The position numbers and the translations under genes are program-made. This document shows positions 51,827-62,751 of a DNA stretch of 64,000 bases, piece after piece. The DNA comes from Oscillibacter sp. (lineage in GTDB: Bacteria > Bacillota > Clostridia > Oscillospirales > Oscillospiraceae), in NCBI RefSeq assembly GCF_032018205.1, contig NZ_DALZOY010000001.1, forward strand, positions 72,618 to 136,617, given 5' to 3'. The notes under the pieces were generated by a model. That model worked only from the letters and a program-made list of their open reading frames with translations, was not told the DNA's origin and ran no database searches. Each line of letters begins with the position of its first letter. The stretch's first letter is position 1.

Positions 51827-53794
51827 ATGCCAAAATTTAAAGTCGTTTCCCCCTACGAGCCTTCCGGCGACCAGCCGGAGGCCATTCAAAAGCTGGCATG
51901 GGGAATTGAAAACGGGCTGGACGAGCAGATTTTGCTGGGCGTCACCGGCTCGGGCAAGACCTTTACCATGGCCAAGGTCATTGAGAAAATACAGCGGCCT
52001 ACGTTGGTGCTGGCTCATAATAAAACACTGGCCTCCCAGCTTTGTGAGGAGTTCAAGGCGTTCTTTCCAGACAACGCCGTGGAGTATTTTGTCTCGTATT
52101 ACGACTATTATCAGCCCGAGGCATATATTCCCCATACGGATACCTATATCGCCAAGGACGCGTCCACCAACGACGAGATTGACCGTCTGCGCTTATCCGC
52201 CACCTGCGCCCTGCTGGAGCGCCGGGATGTGATCGTGGTGTCCTCCGTCTCGTGTATTTACGGATTGGGAGAACCGGAGGATTTTGCGCGGCTGATGATT
52301 TCCATGCGCACGGGACAGACACTGAACCGGGACGAGCTGCTGCGCCGTCTGGTGGAGGATCGGTACGAGCGCAACGACATTGCCTTTGAACGAAATATGT
52401 TTCGCGTCCGGGGAGACACGGTGGAAATTTACCCCGCCTATTTCAGAGACAAGGCCCTTCGTGTTGAATTTTTCGGAGACGAGATTGACCGCATCACGGA
52501 GTTTAACCCCGTCACGGGCGCGGCCTATCGCCTTCTGGAGCACGCGGTGGTCTATCCCGCCAGCCACTATGTCACCACCAAGGATAAAATGGAGCGGGCT
52601 ATCGTTGAAATTCGGGAGGAGCTGGAGGAGCAGGTTCGGTATTTTACCGAGCGTAACAAGCTGGTAGAGGCCCAGCGCATCCGCCAGCGTGTGGAGTACG
52701 ACATTGAGATGATGACGGAGTTGGGCTATTGCTCCGGCATTGAGAATTACTCCCGCATCATCTCACAGCGGCCCGCGGGGTCCGCGCCGATGACGCTGTT
52801 GGACTTTTTCCCCAAGGACTTCATGCTGTTTGTGGATGAGAGCCACGTGACGCTGCCGCAGGTGCGGGCCATGTACAACGGCGACCATGCCCGTAAACAA
52901 AGCCTGATTGACTATGGTTTCCGCCTTCCCTGCGCCTTTGACAACCGCCCCCTGAAATTTGAGGAGTTTGAGGAGCGGGCGGGTCAGGCGTTGTACGTCT
53001 CCGCCACCCCCGCCATCTATGAGCGGGAGCACGCGGGTCAGGTGGTGGAGCAGGTCATTCGACCCACCGGACTTTTGGACCCGGTGGTGGAGGTGCTCCC
53101 GGTGGAAGGCCAGATCGACGATCTGATTGCGGAGATTCAGGCCCGGTCCGAGCGGCGGGAGCGGGTGCTGGTGACGACTCTCACCAAGAAAATGGCGGAG
53201 GATCTGACGGAATATTTTAAAAACGCCGGAATCAAGGTTCGCTATATGCACTCCGACGTGGAAACGATTGAGCGGATGGAGATTATCCGGGGCCTGCGGC
53301 TGGGAGAGTTTGACGTGCTGGTGGGAATCAACCTCCTGCGTGAGGGCCTGGACTTACCCGAGGTAAGTCTTGTGGCCGTGTTGGACGCGGATAAGGAGGG
53401 GTTCCTCCGCAGCGAAACCTCCCTCATTCAGACCATGGGCCGCGCGGCGCGAAACGCCGACGGTCTGGTCATTCTCTACGCGGATAAGATTACCCCCTCC
53501 ATGCGAGCCGCCATGGACGAGACGGAGCGCCGCCGGAAAATTCAGGACGAGTATAACAAGGCCCACGGCATTGTGCCAAAAACCATCATCAAGGACGTGC
53601 GGAACACGCTGGAGATTTCTAAGTCCGCCGACCCGGAAACGGCAGGAAAGCGCCGGAAGGTGAAACTAAACGACCGGGAGCGGGCGGAGGAGATTGCGCG
53701 GCTTGAAAAGGAGATGAAGGAGGCGGGCAAGATGCTGGAATTCGAGTATGCCGCCATCCTTCGGGACCGTATTATCGAACTGCGAGGAGGATAA
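51827..53794 (+). CDS. uvrB: Excinuclease ABC subunit B
   Basis: [20 protein letters not shown], Walker [11 protein letters not shown], helicase motifs and a C-terminal UVR domain ([15 protein letters not shown]). Confidence 0.97.
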   Translation: MPKFKVVSPYEPSGDQPEAIQKLAWGIENGLDEQILLGVTGSGKTFTMAKVIEKIQRPTLVLAHNKTLASQLCEEFKAFFPDNAVEYFVSYYDYYQPEAYIPHTDTYIAKDASTNDEIDRLRLSATCALLERRDVIVVSSVSCIYGLGEPEDFARLMISMRTGQTLNRDELLRRLVEDRYERNDIAFERNMFRVRGDTVEIYPAYFRDKALRVEFFGDEIDRITEFNPVTGAAYRLLEHAVVYPASHYVTTKDKMERAIVEIREELEEQVRYFTERNKLVEAQRIRQRVEYDIEMMTELGYCSGIENYSRIISQRPAGSAPMTLLDFFPKDFMLFVDESHVTLPQVRAMYNGDHARKQSLIDYGFRLPCAFDNRPLKFEEFEERAGQALYVSATPAIYEREHAGQVVEQVIRPTGLLDPVVEVLPVEGQIDDLIAEIQARSERRERVLVTTLTKKMAEDLTEYFKNAGIKVRYMHSDVETIERMEIIRGLRLGEFDVLVGINLLREGLDLPEVSLVAVLDADKEGFLRSETSLIQTMGRAARNADGLVILYADKITPSMRAAMDETERRRKIQDEYNKAHGIVPKTIIKDVRNTLEISKSADPETAGKRRKVKLNDRERAEEIARLEKEMKEAGKMLEFEYAAILRDRIIELRGG

Positions 53795-53866
53795 TCGGGC
53801 CGCGCCGCACAGCGTTTTTACAGGGGCTTTTTTCTGCATCAGGCCCGGTTCCTTTGCCGGGGAAAA

Positions 53867-54868
53867 GTGAAGAAGGGAAAACAGCGAATGAAAGGCGGGG
53901 GCCACAGCCGCGAAGCCGCCACACTGCCGGAAGGAGAGCGCATGGAGGAAAACAGAGAACTCACAAAAGCGCAAGCACAGGAGCAAAAACCCGCGCCCAA
54001 AGAGCCCGCCGACTGGCGGGCCTATGCCTGCATTCTGGCGGGGGCGGCGCTGTGGGGCATGATCGGCCTGTGGAACCGCCGATTGATGAGCGGCGGCCTT
54101 TCCCCGTGGTCCATTGTGCTGGTGCGAAACACCGGGGGGCTTGCCCTACTGTCCGCGATCTTCGGCGTTCGGGACCGCAGCGTGTTCCGGGTGAAACGGG
54201 AGCATTTGAAATACTTTTTCGGCACCGGCGTGGTCAGCGTACTGCTGTTCACCGTGTGCTACTTCTCCTGTCAGAAAATCACGTCTCTTGCGGTGGCGTC
54301 GATCCTGCTGTACACAGCTCCATCCATCGTGGTGATTTTGTCCGCGATTCTCTGGAAAGAGCCGGTGACGAAGAAAAAGCTGCTGGCGCTGCTGCTGACG
54401 CTGCTGGGCTGCGCCCTTGTGTGCGGCGTTTTTGCGGGGGATTTGACGGTCACTCCGGCGGGGATTCTGCTGGGCCTTGGCGCGGGATTTTTCTACGCGC
54501 TGTACAGCATCTTCGGGCGATACGCCTTGCAGGCCGGGTACGACGCCCGGACCACCACCGTGTGGACCTTCGTGTTTGCCGGCGTGGGTTCGCTGTTTTT
54601 TATCAGACCGGCGGAACTGGCGGCGCTGAGTGCCGCGCCCACCCTTTGGCTGGGCGCGCTGGGGCTGGTGGCGGTGTCCACCGTGGCGCCGTACCTGCTG
54701 TATACGTCGGGCCTTGCCCGGGTGGAGTCCGGCAAGGCGTCCATCATGGCAAGTCTTGAACCGGTGGTGGCAACCCTTGTCGGCGTGCTGGTGTTTCAGG
54801 AGCCTATGAACGGGCTGACGCTTTTGGGAATCGTGTGCGTCCTTGCGGGCGTGGTGATTTTGAGGTGA
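53867..54868 (+). CDS. EamA/DMT-family transporter
   Basis: Ten-TM-like repeat architecture (ACILAGAALWGMIGLW..., LYTAPSIVVILSAILWKE..., VAPYLLYTSGLARVESGKASIMASLEPVVATLVGVLVF). The true start may be the ATG at 53942. Confidence 0.8.
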   Translation: MKKGKQRMKGGGHSREAATLPEGERMEENRELTKAQAQEQKPAPKEPADWRAYACILAGAALWGMIGLWNRRLMSGGLSPWSIVLVRNTGGLALLSAIFGVRDRSVFRVKREHLKYFFGTGVVSVLLFTVCYFSCQKITSLAVASILLYTAPSIVVILSAILWKEPVTKKKLLALLLTLLGCALVCGVFAGDLTVTPAGILLGLGAGFFYALYSIFGRYALQAGYDARTTTVWTFVFAGVGSLFFIRPAELAALSAAPTLWLGALGLVAVSTVAPYLLYTSGLARVESGKASIMASLEPVVATLVGVLVFQEPMNGLTLLGIVCVLAGVVILR

Positions 54869-54872
54869 GACG

Positions 54873-55370
54873 ATGAAGCAAAAAGACGAAAAGACCAACG
54901 TGATGCGGCTGCTGGACCAGAAAAAGATTCCCTACACCGCCCACTTTTACGAGGATACGGATGGCCCCGAAGGGGACCGGGAATACGGCCTCCATGTGGC
55001 CCAGGCCATGGGGCAGAACCCGGACCGGGTTTTTAAGACGCTGGTTGCCCAAGGCGCGTCCGGTGGAATTTATGTATATGAGGTCCCGGTGGCGGACAGC
55101 CTTGATTTGAAAAAGGCCGCCAAGGCCGTGGGGGAGAAGTCCGTGCAGCTGCTCCCCGTGGCGTCTATTTTGGCCGTCACTGGCTATATTCGTGGCGGGT
55201 GCAGCCCCGTGGGGATGAAAAAGCGGTTTCCCACCGTGTTTCACCAAACGGCGGCGGACTTTGAAGCGGTCTATATTTCCGCCGGGAAAATCGGCGCGCA
55301 GGTGGAGGTTCCCGTGCGGGACCTGCTGGCGCTGCTGGGGGCGGAGACGGCAGATATTGTGGTGGAGTGA
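54873..55370 (+). CDS. ybaK: Cys-tRNA(Pro)/Cys-tRNA(Cys) deacylase YbaK/EbsC family
   Basis: TNVMRLLDQKKIPYTAHFY...FKTLVAQG...GYIRGGCSPVGMKKRFPT are YbaK-type motifs. Confidence 0.85.
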   Translation: MKQKDEKTNVMRLLDQKKIPYTAHFYEDTDGPEGDREYGLHVAQAMGQNPDRVFKTLVAQGASGGIYVYEVPVADSLDLKKAAKAVGEKSVQLLPVASILAVTGYIRGGCSPVGMKKRFPTVFHQTAADFEAVYISAGKIGAQVEVPVRDLLALLGAETADIVVE

Positions 55371-55458
55371 CCCCGGCGCGATGCGCCGGGAGATGGCGGC
55401 GGGGAACGTACCCCGCGGGAAACGTCTCTTCGGGGGACGGCAAGGAGTTTTTTAGAAT

Positions 55459-58284
55459 ATGCAAGACAAAATCGTTGTAAAGGGCGCCCGCGCCAACAAT
55501 CTTAAAAATGTGGATGTGACCATTCCCCGGGACAAGCTGGTGGTACTCACCGGACTCAGTGGGTCGGGAAAGTCCTCTCTGGCCTTTGACACCATTTATG
55601 CCGAGGGCCAGCGCCGCTATGTGGAAAGCCTGTCCTCCTACGCCCGGATGTTTTTGGGACAGATGGAAAAGCCGGACGTGGACTATATCGACGGGCTTAG
55701 TCCCGCCATCTCCATTGACCAGAAGACCACCTCCAAAAACCCACGGTCCACCGTGGGCACCGTGACGGAGGTGTACGACTATCTGCGCCTTCTCTGGGCG
55801 CGAGCGGGCACGCCCCACTGTCCCAAGTGCGGCAAGGAAATTCGCCAGCAGACCATTGACCAGATCATTGATCAGGTGATGGCTCTGCCGGAGGGGACCC
55901 GCATTCAGGTGATGGCCCCGGTGGTGCGGGGAAAAAAGGGCGAGTATGTCAAGACCTTTGAGGACGCACGGAAATCAGGTTACGTCCGCGTCCGAGTGGA
56001 CGGCTCCCTCTACGAGCTGGACGAAGAGCTGAAGCTGGAGAAAAACAAAAAGCACACCATTGAAATCGTGGTGGACCGGCTGATTATCCGGGAGGACGTG
56101 CGCCAGCGGCTGACGGACTCGGTGGAAACCGCATCCTCTCTGACAGGGGGCGTAGTGCTGATCAATCTGGTGCGGGAGGAGCAGGATTTGACCTTCTCCC
56201 AGAACTACGCCTGCGAGGACTGCGGCGTTTCCCTTGAGGAGCTGGCGCCCCGGCTGTTCTCCTTCAACAATCCCTTCGGCGCATGCCCTGCCTGCATGGG
56301 TCTTGGCAGTCAGCAGAAGGTGGACCCCGCGCTGGTGGTGCCGGACGGAGAGCTGTCCATTCTGGACGGGGCCATTCAGGCCTCCGGCTGGAACAACATC
56401 CGAGGCGACGGCATTTCCCGGATGTACTTCGACGCGCTGTCCAAAAAGTACCGGTTCTCCCTGTCTGTTCCGTTCAATGACCTGCCGGAGGACATTAAGA
56501 CCGTCATTTTTTACGGTACCGGCAATGAAAAGCTGGACCTGCACTACGACCAGCCCCGGGGAAAAGGTGTGCTGCACCAGCCCTTCGAGGGCATCTGTAC
56601 CAATCTTGAGCGCCGCTATCAGGAGACCCAAAGCGACTCCATGCGCCGGGAGCTGGAGGAATTCATGACCCAGCAGCCCTGCCCCACCTGCGGGGGGAAG
56701 CGCCTGCGCAAGGAGGCGTTAGCCGTCACCGTGGGAGATGTGAGCATTTATGACTTCACAAAAATGTCCGTGGTGGACGAGCTGGACTGGGTGGGCAGGC
56801 TGAAGCTGACGGAACAGCAGATGCTGATTGCCGATCGGATTCTCCGGGAGATTAAAAGCCGTCTTGGGTTTTTGCAGTCCGTGGGCCTTGGATATCTGAC
56901 CCTCTCCCGCGCGGCGGGGACCCTATCCGGCGGCGAGAGCCAGCGCATCCGTCTGGCGACACAGATCGGCTCCTCTTTGATGGGGGTGCTGTATATTCTG
57001 GACGAGCCTTCCATCGGATTGCACCAGCGGGACAATGACAAGCTGCTTGCAACCCTCAAGCGCCTGCGGGATTTGGGAAATACCCTTCTGGTGGTGGAGC
57101 ACGACGAGGACACCATGCGCGCGGCGGACTATTTAATTGACGTTGGTCCCGGTGCGGGCGTCCACGGCGGCGAAATCGTGGCCGCCGGAACGCCGGAGGA
57201 GGTCATGGAAAATCCCAACTCCGTCACGGGGCAATACCTTTCCGGACGGCGGAAGATCGCCGTCCCCGCAGTCCGGCGTACGGGCAGCGGCAGCGTTTTG
57301 AAGGTTGTGGGCGCGGCGGAAAACAACCTGAAGAACGTGAATGTGGAAATTCCGCTGGGGACCTTTACCTGTGTCACCGGCGTGTCCGGGTCGGGAAAGT
57401 CGTCTCTTGTGAACGAGATTATTTTCAAAAAGCTGGGCGCGGAGTTGATGCGCATGAAGACGCGGCCCGGAAAGTGCGGGCGCATCGAAGGGCTGGAGTA
57501 CCTTGACAAGGTGGTGGACATTGACCAAAGTCCCATCGGGCGCACGCCCCGCAGTAACCCTGCCACCTACACCGGGCTGTTCAACGACATTCGAGATATG
57601 TTCGCCGCCACGCAGGAGGCCAGAAGCCGGGGCTATGGCCCGGGCCGGTTCAGCTTCAACGTCCGGGGCGGACGGTGCGAGGCCTGCTCCGGCGACGGAC
57701 TGCTGAAAATTGAAATGCATTTCCTGCCGGATATCTTTGTTCCTTGCGAGGTATGCAAGGGCGCGCGGTATAACCGGGAGACGCTGGAGGTTCGCTATAA
57801 GGGCAAAAACATTGCTCAGGTGCTGGACATGACCGTGGAGGAAGCAGCGGAGTTTTTCTCCGCTCTGCCCAAGATCAACAAGAAGCTGAAAACCCTGTGC
57901 GACGTGGGCCTTGGCTATGTGAAGCTGGGCCAGTCCTCGACCGAGCTTTCCGGCGGCGAGGCACAGCGGGTGAAGCTGGCGACGGAGCTGAGCAAGGTGG
58001 CCACGGGTCGCACCATTTATATTCTGGACGAGCCCACCACCGGCCTTCACAGCGAGGATGTCCGGCGGCTTCTGGAAGTCCTTCAGAAGCTGGTGGAGGG
58101 CGGCAACACGGTGCTGGTCATCGAGCACAATCTGGATGTCATCAAGTGCGCCGACTACCTCATTGATCTTGGCCCCGAAGGGGGCGACGGCGGTGGGACC
58201 ATCGTCTGCACCGGCACGCCGGAGGAGGTAGCCGCCTGCCCGGAGAGTTACACCGGACAATACTTGAAAAAAATGCTCCTCTGA
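55459..58284 (+). CDS. uvrA: Excinuclease ABC subunit A
   Basis: [50 protein letters not shown], zinc-finger Cys clusters and two ABC modules. 941 aa. Confidence 0.97.
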   Translation: MQDKIVVKGARANNLKNVDVTIPRDKLVVLTGLSGSGKSSLAFDTIYAEGQRRYVESLSSYARMFLGQMEKPDVDYIDGLSPAISIDQKTTSKNPRSTVGTVTEVYDYLRLLWARAGTPHCPKCGKEIRQQTIDQIIDQVMALPEGTRIQVMAPVVRGKKGEYVKTFEDARKSGYVRVRVDGSLYELDEELKLEKNKKHTIEIVVDRLIIREDVRQRLTDSVETASSLTGGVVLINLVREEQDLTFSQNYACEDCGVSLEELAPRLFSFNNPFGACPACMGLGSQQKVDPALVVPDGELSILDGAIQASGWNNIRGDGISRMYFDALSKKYRFSLSVPFNDLPEDIKTVIFYGTGNEKLDLHYDQPRGKGVLHQPFEGICTNLERRYQETQSDSMRRELEEFMTQQPCPTCGGKRLRKEALAVTVGDVSIYDFTKMSVVDELDWVGRLKLTEQQMLIADRILREIKSRLGFLQSVGLGYLTLSRAAGTLSGGESQRIRLATQIGSSLMGVLYILDEPSIGLHQRDNDKLLATLKRLRDLGNTLLVVEHDEDTMRAADYLIDVGPGAGVHGGEIVAAGTPEEVMENPNSVTGQYLSGRRKIAVPAVRRTGSGSVLKVVGAAENNLKNVNVEIPLGTFTCVTGVSGSGKSSLVNEIIFKKLGAELMRMKTRPGKCGRIEGLEYLDKVVDIDQSPIGRTPRSNPATYTGLFNDIRDMFAATQEARSRGYGPGRFSFNVRGGRCEACSGDGLLKIEMHFLPDIFVPCEVCKGARYNRETLEVRYKGKNIAQVLDMTVEEAAEFFSALPKINKKLKTLCDVGLGYVKLGQSSTELSGGEAQRVKLATELSKVATGRTIYILDEPTTGLHSEDVRRLLEVLQKLVEGGNTVLVIEHNLDVIKCADYLIDLGPEGGDGGGTIVCTGTPEEVAACPESYTGQYLKKMLL

Positions 58285-58310
58285 TGGAGGATTGGATGGG
58301 AGACGGAAGC

Positions 58311-58793
58311 ATGAACATTCGCACCGCCCAAATGGCGGACTTAAAGGCGCTGGCGGCGGTGGAAGCCGCGTGTTTTCCGGCGGCGGAGGCGGCGACAGAA
58401 GAGGACTTTGCCGCGCGACTCCGGGTTTATCCCCGGCACTTTTGGCTTTTGGAGGAGGATGGGAAAATCGTCTCCTTTGTCAATGGCATGGCAACAAACG
58501 AGGAAACCATCCGGGACGAGATGTTCTCCGATGCGTCTTTCCACAGGGAGGACGGGGCGTGGCAGGCGATTTTCGGCGTGAATACCCTGCCGGACTATCG
58601 CCGCCGGGGCCTTGCCCCCCGGCTGCTGCGGGAGGCGGAGCAGGATGCACGGCTTGCCGGTCGGCGGGGCTGCATCCTCACCTGCAAGGCCGCGCTGCTT
58701 CCGTGGTATGAAGGCCTTGGCTATCGCAATCAGGGTGTGTCTGGGTCTGTTCACGGCGGCGCGGTGTGGTACGATATGACGCTGGAATTTTGA
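58311..58793 (+). CDS. GNAT family N-acetyltransferase
   Basis: ORF 58284..58793 with an ATG at 58311. The core reads IFGVNTLPDYRRRGLAPRLLREAEQDARLAG. Confidence 0.8.
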   Translation: MNIRTAQMADLKALAAVEAACFPAAEAATEEDFAARLRVYPRHFWLLEEDGKIVSFVNGMATNEETIRDEMFSDASFHREDGAWQAIFGVNTLPDYRRRGLAPRLLREAEQDARLAGRRGCILTCKAALLPWYEGLGYRNQGVSGSVHGGAVWYDMTLEF

Positions 58794-58828
58794 CGGGAGT
58801 TGAAAAGCTTCCGGCTACGCAAAGGCAG

Positions 58829-58864
58829 AAGACGGACTGCGGCGATGCCGCAGTCCGTCTTTTT
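58829..58864 (+). terminator. Rho-independent terminator after uvrA-GNAT
   Basis: AAGACGGACTGCGGC / GCCGCAGTCCGTCTT stem with loop GAT, followed by TTTT. Confidence 0.8.
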
Positions 58865-58981
58865 AACGATGCAAACGCAAGGAAAAATTGGAGATTGCTC
58901 CGGGGAAAGCTGCGTGATTGCTTTTGGGCGCGGCAGGCATCTTTGCCCTGTGCCGTATGTTTGACTTTATAGGAAACAGAA

Positions 58982-59016
58982 AACGCCGGTGCCGCCAATA
59001 AGGCGGCACCGGCGTT
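58982..59016 (-). terminator. Terminator of the suf operon
   Basis: AACGCCGGTGCCGCC / GGCGGCACCGGCGTT form a 15-bp stem. The minus strand continues TTTCTGTTTCC. Confidence 0.6.
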
Positions 59017-59108
59017 GAACATCTCTGACGTTATGCGGTATTCCGTACGGGGTTTCGTGGAAATTCGACAAAAAGTGACATGATAAATGTGAGAACATCA
59101 CCGAAAAG

Positions 59109-60032
59109 TCACGCCAGAAAACCTTTCAAAATGCGGTCTTCCGCTTCTTCCTCAGTCAGGCCAAGGGTTTGCAGCTTTAAAAGCTGATCGCCCGCAATTT
59201 TGCCGATGGCGGCCTCGTGAATGAGCTGTGCGTCCATGCAATTGGAGGCAATTTCCGGAATGGAGCGGATTTTTGCGTCCCCCATGATAATGGAGTCGCA
59301 CTGCACATGGCCAAAGCTTCTGGCGTTGCCGGTCATCAGCGGGCGGAAGGTCTGCACGGAAGTGTCCTGCGCCACAGACCGGGAAATCACCCGCCCCTTG
59401 GATTCTTCACCGTCAAGCACAATCTCCATGTCGCTGTTGGCCGTTTGCTCTCCGTGGGTGAGCAAGCGCTCCGTCACCACAGCCTCCGCGTTTTTCCCAC
59501 AGACAATTTTGGTGTAGCGCTTGGTGGAGTCAATGCCCCGGATTTGAGTGGTGTCCATCTGGATAGAGGCCCCCTCCTCCAGATATACGATGGTCTGGGG
59601 ATTCATGATTTTGCCGCCCTTGCCATCCCCTTCGCCATAGTGCTTTTCCGTATAGTGAACGTGAGAATTTTTCCCCACATAAAAGGTGTGTACGCCGTCG
59701 TGGCGGCTGGATGTGTCTCCGCAGTTGTGGATGCCGCAGCCAGCCACAATGTTAACATTGCTGTTTTCGCCGATATAAAAGTCGTTGTAGACAAGCTCCT
59801 CAATGCCCGGCTTGGTGATGATAACCGGGATATAGCAGGTTTCCCCCGCCGTGCCGGGCTTGATGCGGATGTCGATGCCGGGCTTGTCCTCCTTGCCAGT
59901 GATCTCAATGTTTTCCGAGCTCTGCCGTCCGTCGCATCCCGTGTCCTTGCGGATGTTGAAGGCCCCCACCGGTTTCCCGATCAGGTCCGCGATCTTTTCA
60001 AGCAGGGCGCGGTCCACTTCCGTATCCATCAT
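59109..60032 (-). CDS. SufB/SufD-family Fe-S cluster assembly protein (short clostridial type)
   Basis: Beta-helix-type repeats (NSNVNIVAGCGIHNCGDTSSRHDGVHTFYVGKNSHVHYTEKHYG...) and the C terminus LIHEAAIGKIAGDQLLKLQTLGLTEEEAEDRILKGFL. Confidence 0.85.
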   Translation of the reverse strand: MMDTEVDRALLEKIADLIGKPVGAFNIRKDTGCDGRQSSENIEITGKEDKPGIDIRIKPGTAGETCYIPVIITKPGIEELVYNDFYIGENSNVNIVAGCGIHNCGDTSSRHDGVHTFYVGKNSHVHYTEKHYGEGDGKGGKIMNPQTIVYLEEGASIQMDTTQIRGIDSTKRYTKIVCGKNAEAVVTERLLTHGEQTANSDMEIVLDGEESKGRVISRSVAQDTSVQTFRPLMTGNARSFGHVQCDSIIMGDAKIRSIPEIASNCMDAQLIHEAAIGKIAGDQLLKLQTLGLTEEEAEDRILKGFLA

Positions 60033-60769
60033 CGTGCTGCGCCCCCTTTCGTCAAAACCGGGCAGAAGCCCGTGGTGTCCGCCAGAATTTCCGGCAAAAT
60101 CTCGTCGGCGGAGCCACGAAGAGTGACGCCCCCGTCGCCGATGACCACCACCTCGTCCGCCAGGGAGATAATCCGCTCCTGATGGGAAATGACGATCATG
60201 GTGGCGCTGCCGGACTGGTGAATCTGCTCAAAGGTCTCGGTCAGCCGGGAGAAGCTCCACAGATCGATGCCCGCCTCCGGCTCGTCAAAAATCATAAGCT
60301 GTGCGCTCCGGGCCAGAAGCGTGGCAATCTCAATGCGCTTCACCTCGCCGCCGGAGAGGGACGCGTCCACCTCCCGGTCCAGATAGTCGTTGGCGCACAG
60401 GCCCACCCGGGTGAGATACTGGCAGCAAAGCTCCTTGGAAAGCGGCCCATCTCCCGCCGCGATGGTCAGAAGGTCCCGGACGGTCAATCCCTTGAACCGG
60501 GGAGGCTGTTGAAATCCGTAGCTGATGCCCCGCTTCGCTCGCTCTGTGATGCCGAGATCGGTCACGTCCTCCCCATTCCATAAAATTTTGCCCGATGTGG
60601 GCTTCACAAGCCCCATGACAATTTTCGCCAAAGTGGTTTTTCCGCCGCCGTTAGGCCCGGTGAACACCACCAGACGGTGGTCGTCGACGGTCAGGGAGAT
60701 GTCCTTCAAAATCTCCAGCTTGCCCTCCGGCTCCTGAACGGCGTAATGGATATGTTGCAATTCCAGCAC
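60029..60769 (-). CDS. sufC: Fe-S cluster assembly ATPase SufC
   Basis: ORF 60029..60799. The likely start is the GTG at 60769, 9 nt after AAGGAGG. Walker A GPNGGGKTT, signature LSGGEVKR and Walker B LMIFDEPEAGID. Confidence 0.9.
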   Translation of the reverse strand: MLELQHIHYAVQEPEGKLEILKDISLTVDDHRLVVFTGPNGGGKTTLAKIVMGLVKPTSGKILWNGEDVTDLGITERAKRGISYGFQQPPRFKGLTVRDLLTIAAGDGPLSKELCCQYLTRVGLCANDYLDREVDASLSGGEVKRIEIATLLARSAQLMIFDEPEAGIDLWSFSRLTETFEQIHQSGSATMIVISHQERIISLADEVVVIGDGGVTLRGSADEILPEILADTTGFCPVLTKGGAAR

Positions 60770-61038
60770 AGCGCGATTCCTCCTTGCGCGTTTTTTCAAA
60801 ATACGCGGTTATTCTACCATTTTTTTTCTAAAAAGGCAATGCTAACAGCCGGATTTAGGTATTCTGTCCGAAGTGCGGCGGATTTATCTGTCGCCCTGTT
60901 TTTACTGGCACACGGAGCGCGGCTGATGCATACCATGAAGAAGAGGACTGGACTCCGCCGGGAATTTGCTTCGCGCGGCGGGGCGCGGCGCGTTTTTTAA
61001 TACTTGCCGGCGCGAAGCGGCGGAATGGAGCGTTTTTT

Positions 61039-61692
61039 ATGCAACAGCAGGCCGATACATACGACTACCGGCAATATGACAAAATCTGGCAGCGGGTTTC
61101 TCCCAATCTGGACCCCTATCCCGGCGTGACCCCGGAGTGCGCCACGGCAAAAACTCCCGCCGTCAGTGCCGCCGTCTCCGAGCCGGAGGAAACCGCCTGC
61201 ACGGCACAGGTCAAAGCCGCCTCCGTGGAGGACGGCCTCTCCTGTATTGAAGCAAACCCATGCTGTATGGGTACGTCGGCCATGGAGATGCTGCGGGTTT
61301 TGCAAAGCTTTATCGAAGAGGAGCTGGCGGCCAAGCGCTATTATCTGGCCTTTTCACGGCAGGCCCCCGGCTGGGCGCGCCAGACGCTGCGGGACATGGC
61401 CGAGGACGCGGGCGCCCATGCACGCAGGCTGATGGCGGTGCACTATCTTATCACCTGCCAGTGCTATCAGCCCACTTCGGCCTATGAGCGCATTTATGTG
61501 GGCCAGCTTTGCCCTGCTCTGCGGGCTCGGTATCAGGACGAGGTATGCCGTGCCCAGCAATATGAGCGGGCAGCGGAGAGCACCTCGGACCCCTGCCTTT
61601 CAAAGCTTTTGTTCGAGCTGAGCGCGGATGGATACCGGCATGCGGATCAGTTGATGATGCTGCTGGAGCGGGCCATGCGTCAGCAGCAGTAA
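61039..61692 (+). CDS. Ferritin-like/rubrerythrin-like domain protein (metal ligands look partly degenerate)
   Basis: Four-helix-bundle-type repeats are FIEEELAAKRYYLAF...MAEDAGAHARRL and QQYERAAEST...LSADGYRHADQL. The N-terminal ~80 aa are Cys-containing and of low complexity. Confidence 0.55.
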   Translation: MQQQADTYDYRQYDKIWQRVSPNLDPYPGVTPECATAKTPAVSAAVSEPEETACTAQVKAASVEDGLSCIEANPCCMGTSAMEMLRVLQSFIEEELAAKRYYLAFSRQAPGWARQTLRDMAEDAGAHARRLMAVHYLITCQCYQPTSAYERIYVGQLCPALRARYQDEVCRAQQYERAAESTSDPCLSKLLFELSADGYRHADQLMMLLERAMRQQQ

Positions 61693-61723
61693 AATGGCGG
61701 AAAGGCTCCGGAGAGCTTTCGCG

Positions 61724-61758
61724 CAAGAGAGCCGCCTGCTATGCAGGCGGCTCTCTTG
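61724..61758 (+). terminator. Hairpin after the ferritin-like gene
   Basis: CAAGAGAGCCGCCTGC / GCAGGCGGCTCTCTTG form a 16-bp perfect stem with loop TAT. The U-tail is weak (CATTCC). Confidence 0.45.
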
Positions 61759-61784
61759 CATTCCGGCAAAACCCGGAGTGCGGC

Positions 61785-61813
61785 TTGCATTTCTCCGGGA
61801 AATTTGGTATACT
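61785..61813 (+). promoter_or_regulatory. Near-consensus sigma-A promoter ~240 nt upstream of rpe
   Basis: TTGCAT (61785-61790), a 17-nt spacer, then TATACT (61808-61813), with a TGg extended -10. Confidence 0.45.
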
Positions 61814-62051
61814 AAAAGACAAAATTACCGCGAGATAAGCCGGGAAACGCAAAGCAGCGGGCCGGCAGGCTACCCTGCCGGCCCTATTCAAAAAAGCGGT
61901 GGCACCGCGTCGGGGCCGGACACCGCGTGGGGTGCCGCGTGGCGCCCTTCCGCTTAGGCTATCCTATGCCGGCCGGGGCAGGCGGTTCCTGCCGCCGAAA
62001 GGGTCCGGCTATTGCGCGGGCGCTGATTTTTCATTGAAAAGAGGGCTTATA

Positions 62052-62696
62052 ATGATAAAGATATCGCCGTCTATCCTGTCCGCTGACTTTGCCAACCTGG
62101 AGCGGGACATTCGGAAAATTTCCACCGCTGACTATGTGCATGTGGACGTGATGGATGGTGTGTTTGTCCCAAACATCTCCATCGGCCTGCCGGTGGTAAA
62201 GGCAATTCGGCCCGTGACGCAGCAGCCGCTGGACGTTCACCTGATGATTGTGCAGCCGGGACGGTACGCCGGGCGGTTCTGCGACGCAGGGGCGGACATT
62301 GTCACCCTCCATGTGGAGGCGGATACGGAGGAGAACCTTCTCTCCGCCATCGACGTGATTCACGCCAAGGGCAAGCGGGCGGGCGTGGTGCTTAAGCCTG
62401 CCACCCCGGTTTCGGCGGTGCTGCCCTATCTTGAGCGGGTAGAGCTGATTCTGGTGATGACCGTGGAGCCAGGGTTTGGCGGTCAGAGCTTTATGACCGA
62501 CCAATTGGACAAGATCCGAGCCATCCGCGCTCTGATTAACGAGCGCAATCCCGCCTGCGAGCTGGAGGTGGACGGGGGAATCGGTCCCGATACCTACCGT
62601 GCCTGCGTTGACGCGGGAGCAAACGTGCTGGTGGCGGGCAGCGCGGTATACGGTGCGGAGGACATTGCCGCCCGCATTCAGCTTCTGCGGGGCTGA
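62052..62696 (+). CDS. rpe: Ribulose-phosphate 3-epimerase
   Basis: ORF 61899..62696. The ATG at 62052 follows AAAAGAGGG. Motifs are MIKISPSILSADFANLERDI, HVDVMDGVFVPN, LDVHLM, MTVEPGFGGQSF and VDGGI. Confidence 0.95.
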   Translation: MIKISPSILSADFANLERDIRKISTADYVHVDVMDGVFVPNISIGLPVVKAIRPVTQQPLDVHLMIVQPGRYAGRFCDAGADIVTLHVEADTEENLLSAIDVIHAKGKRAGVVLKPATPVSAVLPYLERVELILVMTVEPGFGGQSFMTDQLDKIRAIRALINERNPACELEVDGGIGPDTYRACVDAGANVLVAGSAVYGAEDIAARIQLLRG

Positions 62697-62751
62697 GAAG
62701 CGCCCCTGAATCGGCGCACCGCCGCCATCAATTAAAAAGCGAGGTCTGACC

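Noticed and set aside
51803-55458. LexA (Cheo box, GAAC-N4-GTTC) sites upstream of uvrB or uvrA.
   Set aside because: No GAAC-N4-GTTC match appears in the short uvrB upstream gap (51803-51826), in the radC promoter region, or in 55371-55458.
3136-60182. Many long ORFs antisense to, or out of frame with, recognised genes. Examples are 3136..4176(-), 6061..7191(-), 8542..9186(-), 10166..11440(-), 13535..14599(-), 15052..15699(-), 20594..21643(-), 21943..22716(-), 25438..26610(-), 41513..42217(+), 46082..46972(+), 47565..48536(-), 51224..52135(-), 57133..58260(-), 59217..60182(+) and 62031..62753(-).
   Set aside because: High-GC genomes produce long stop-free shadow frames. These translations are Arg/Gly/Pro/His-rich with no recognisable motifs. 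Each overlaps a gene whose product carries clear family signatures.
61899-62051. The 51-codon N-terminal extension of the rpe ORF.
   Set aside because: The extension is Arg/Gly/Pro-rich and lies in a hairpin-rich region. A good RBS precedes the ATG at 62052, which yields the canonical MIKISPSILSADF N terminus.
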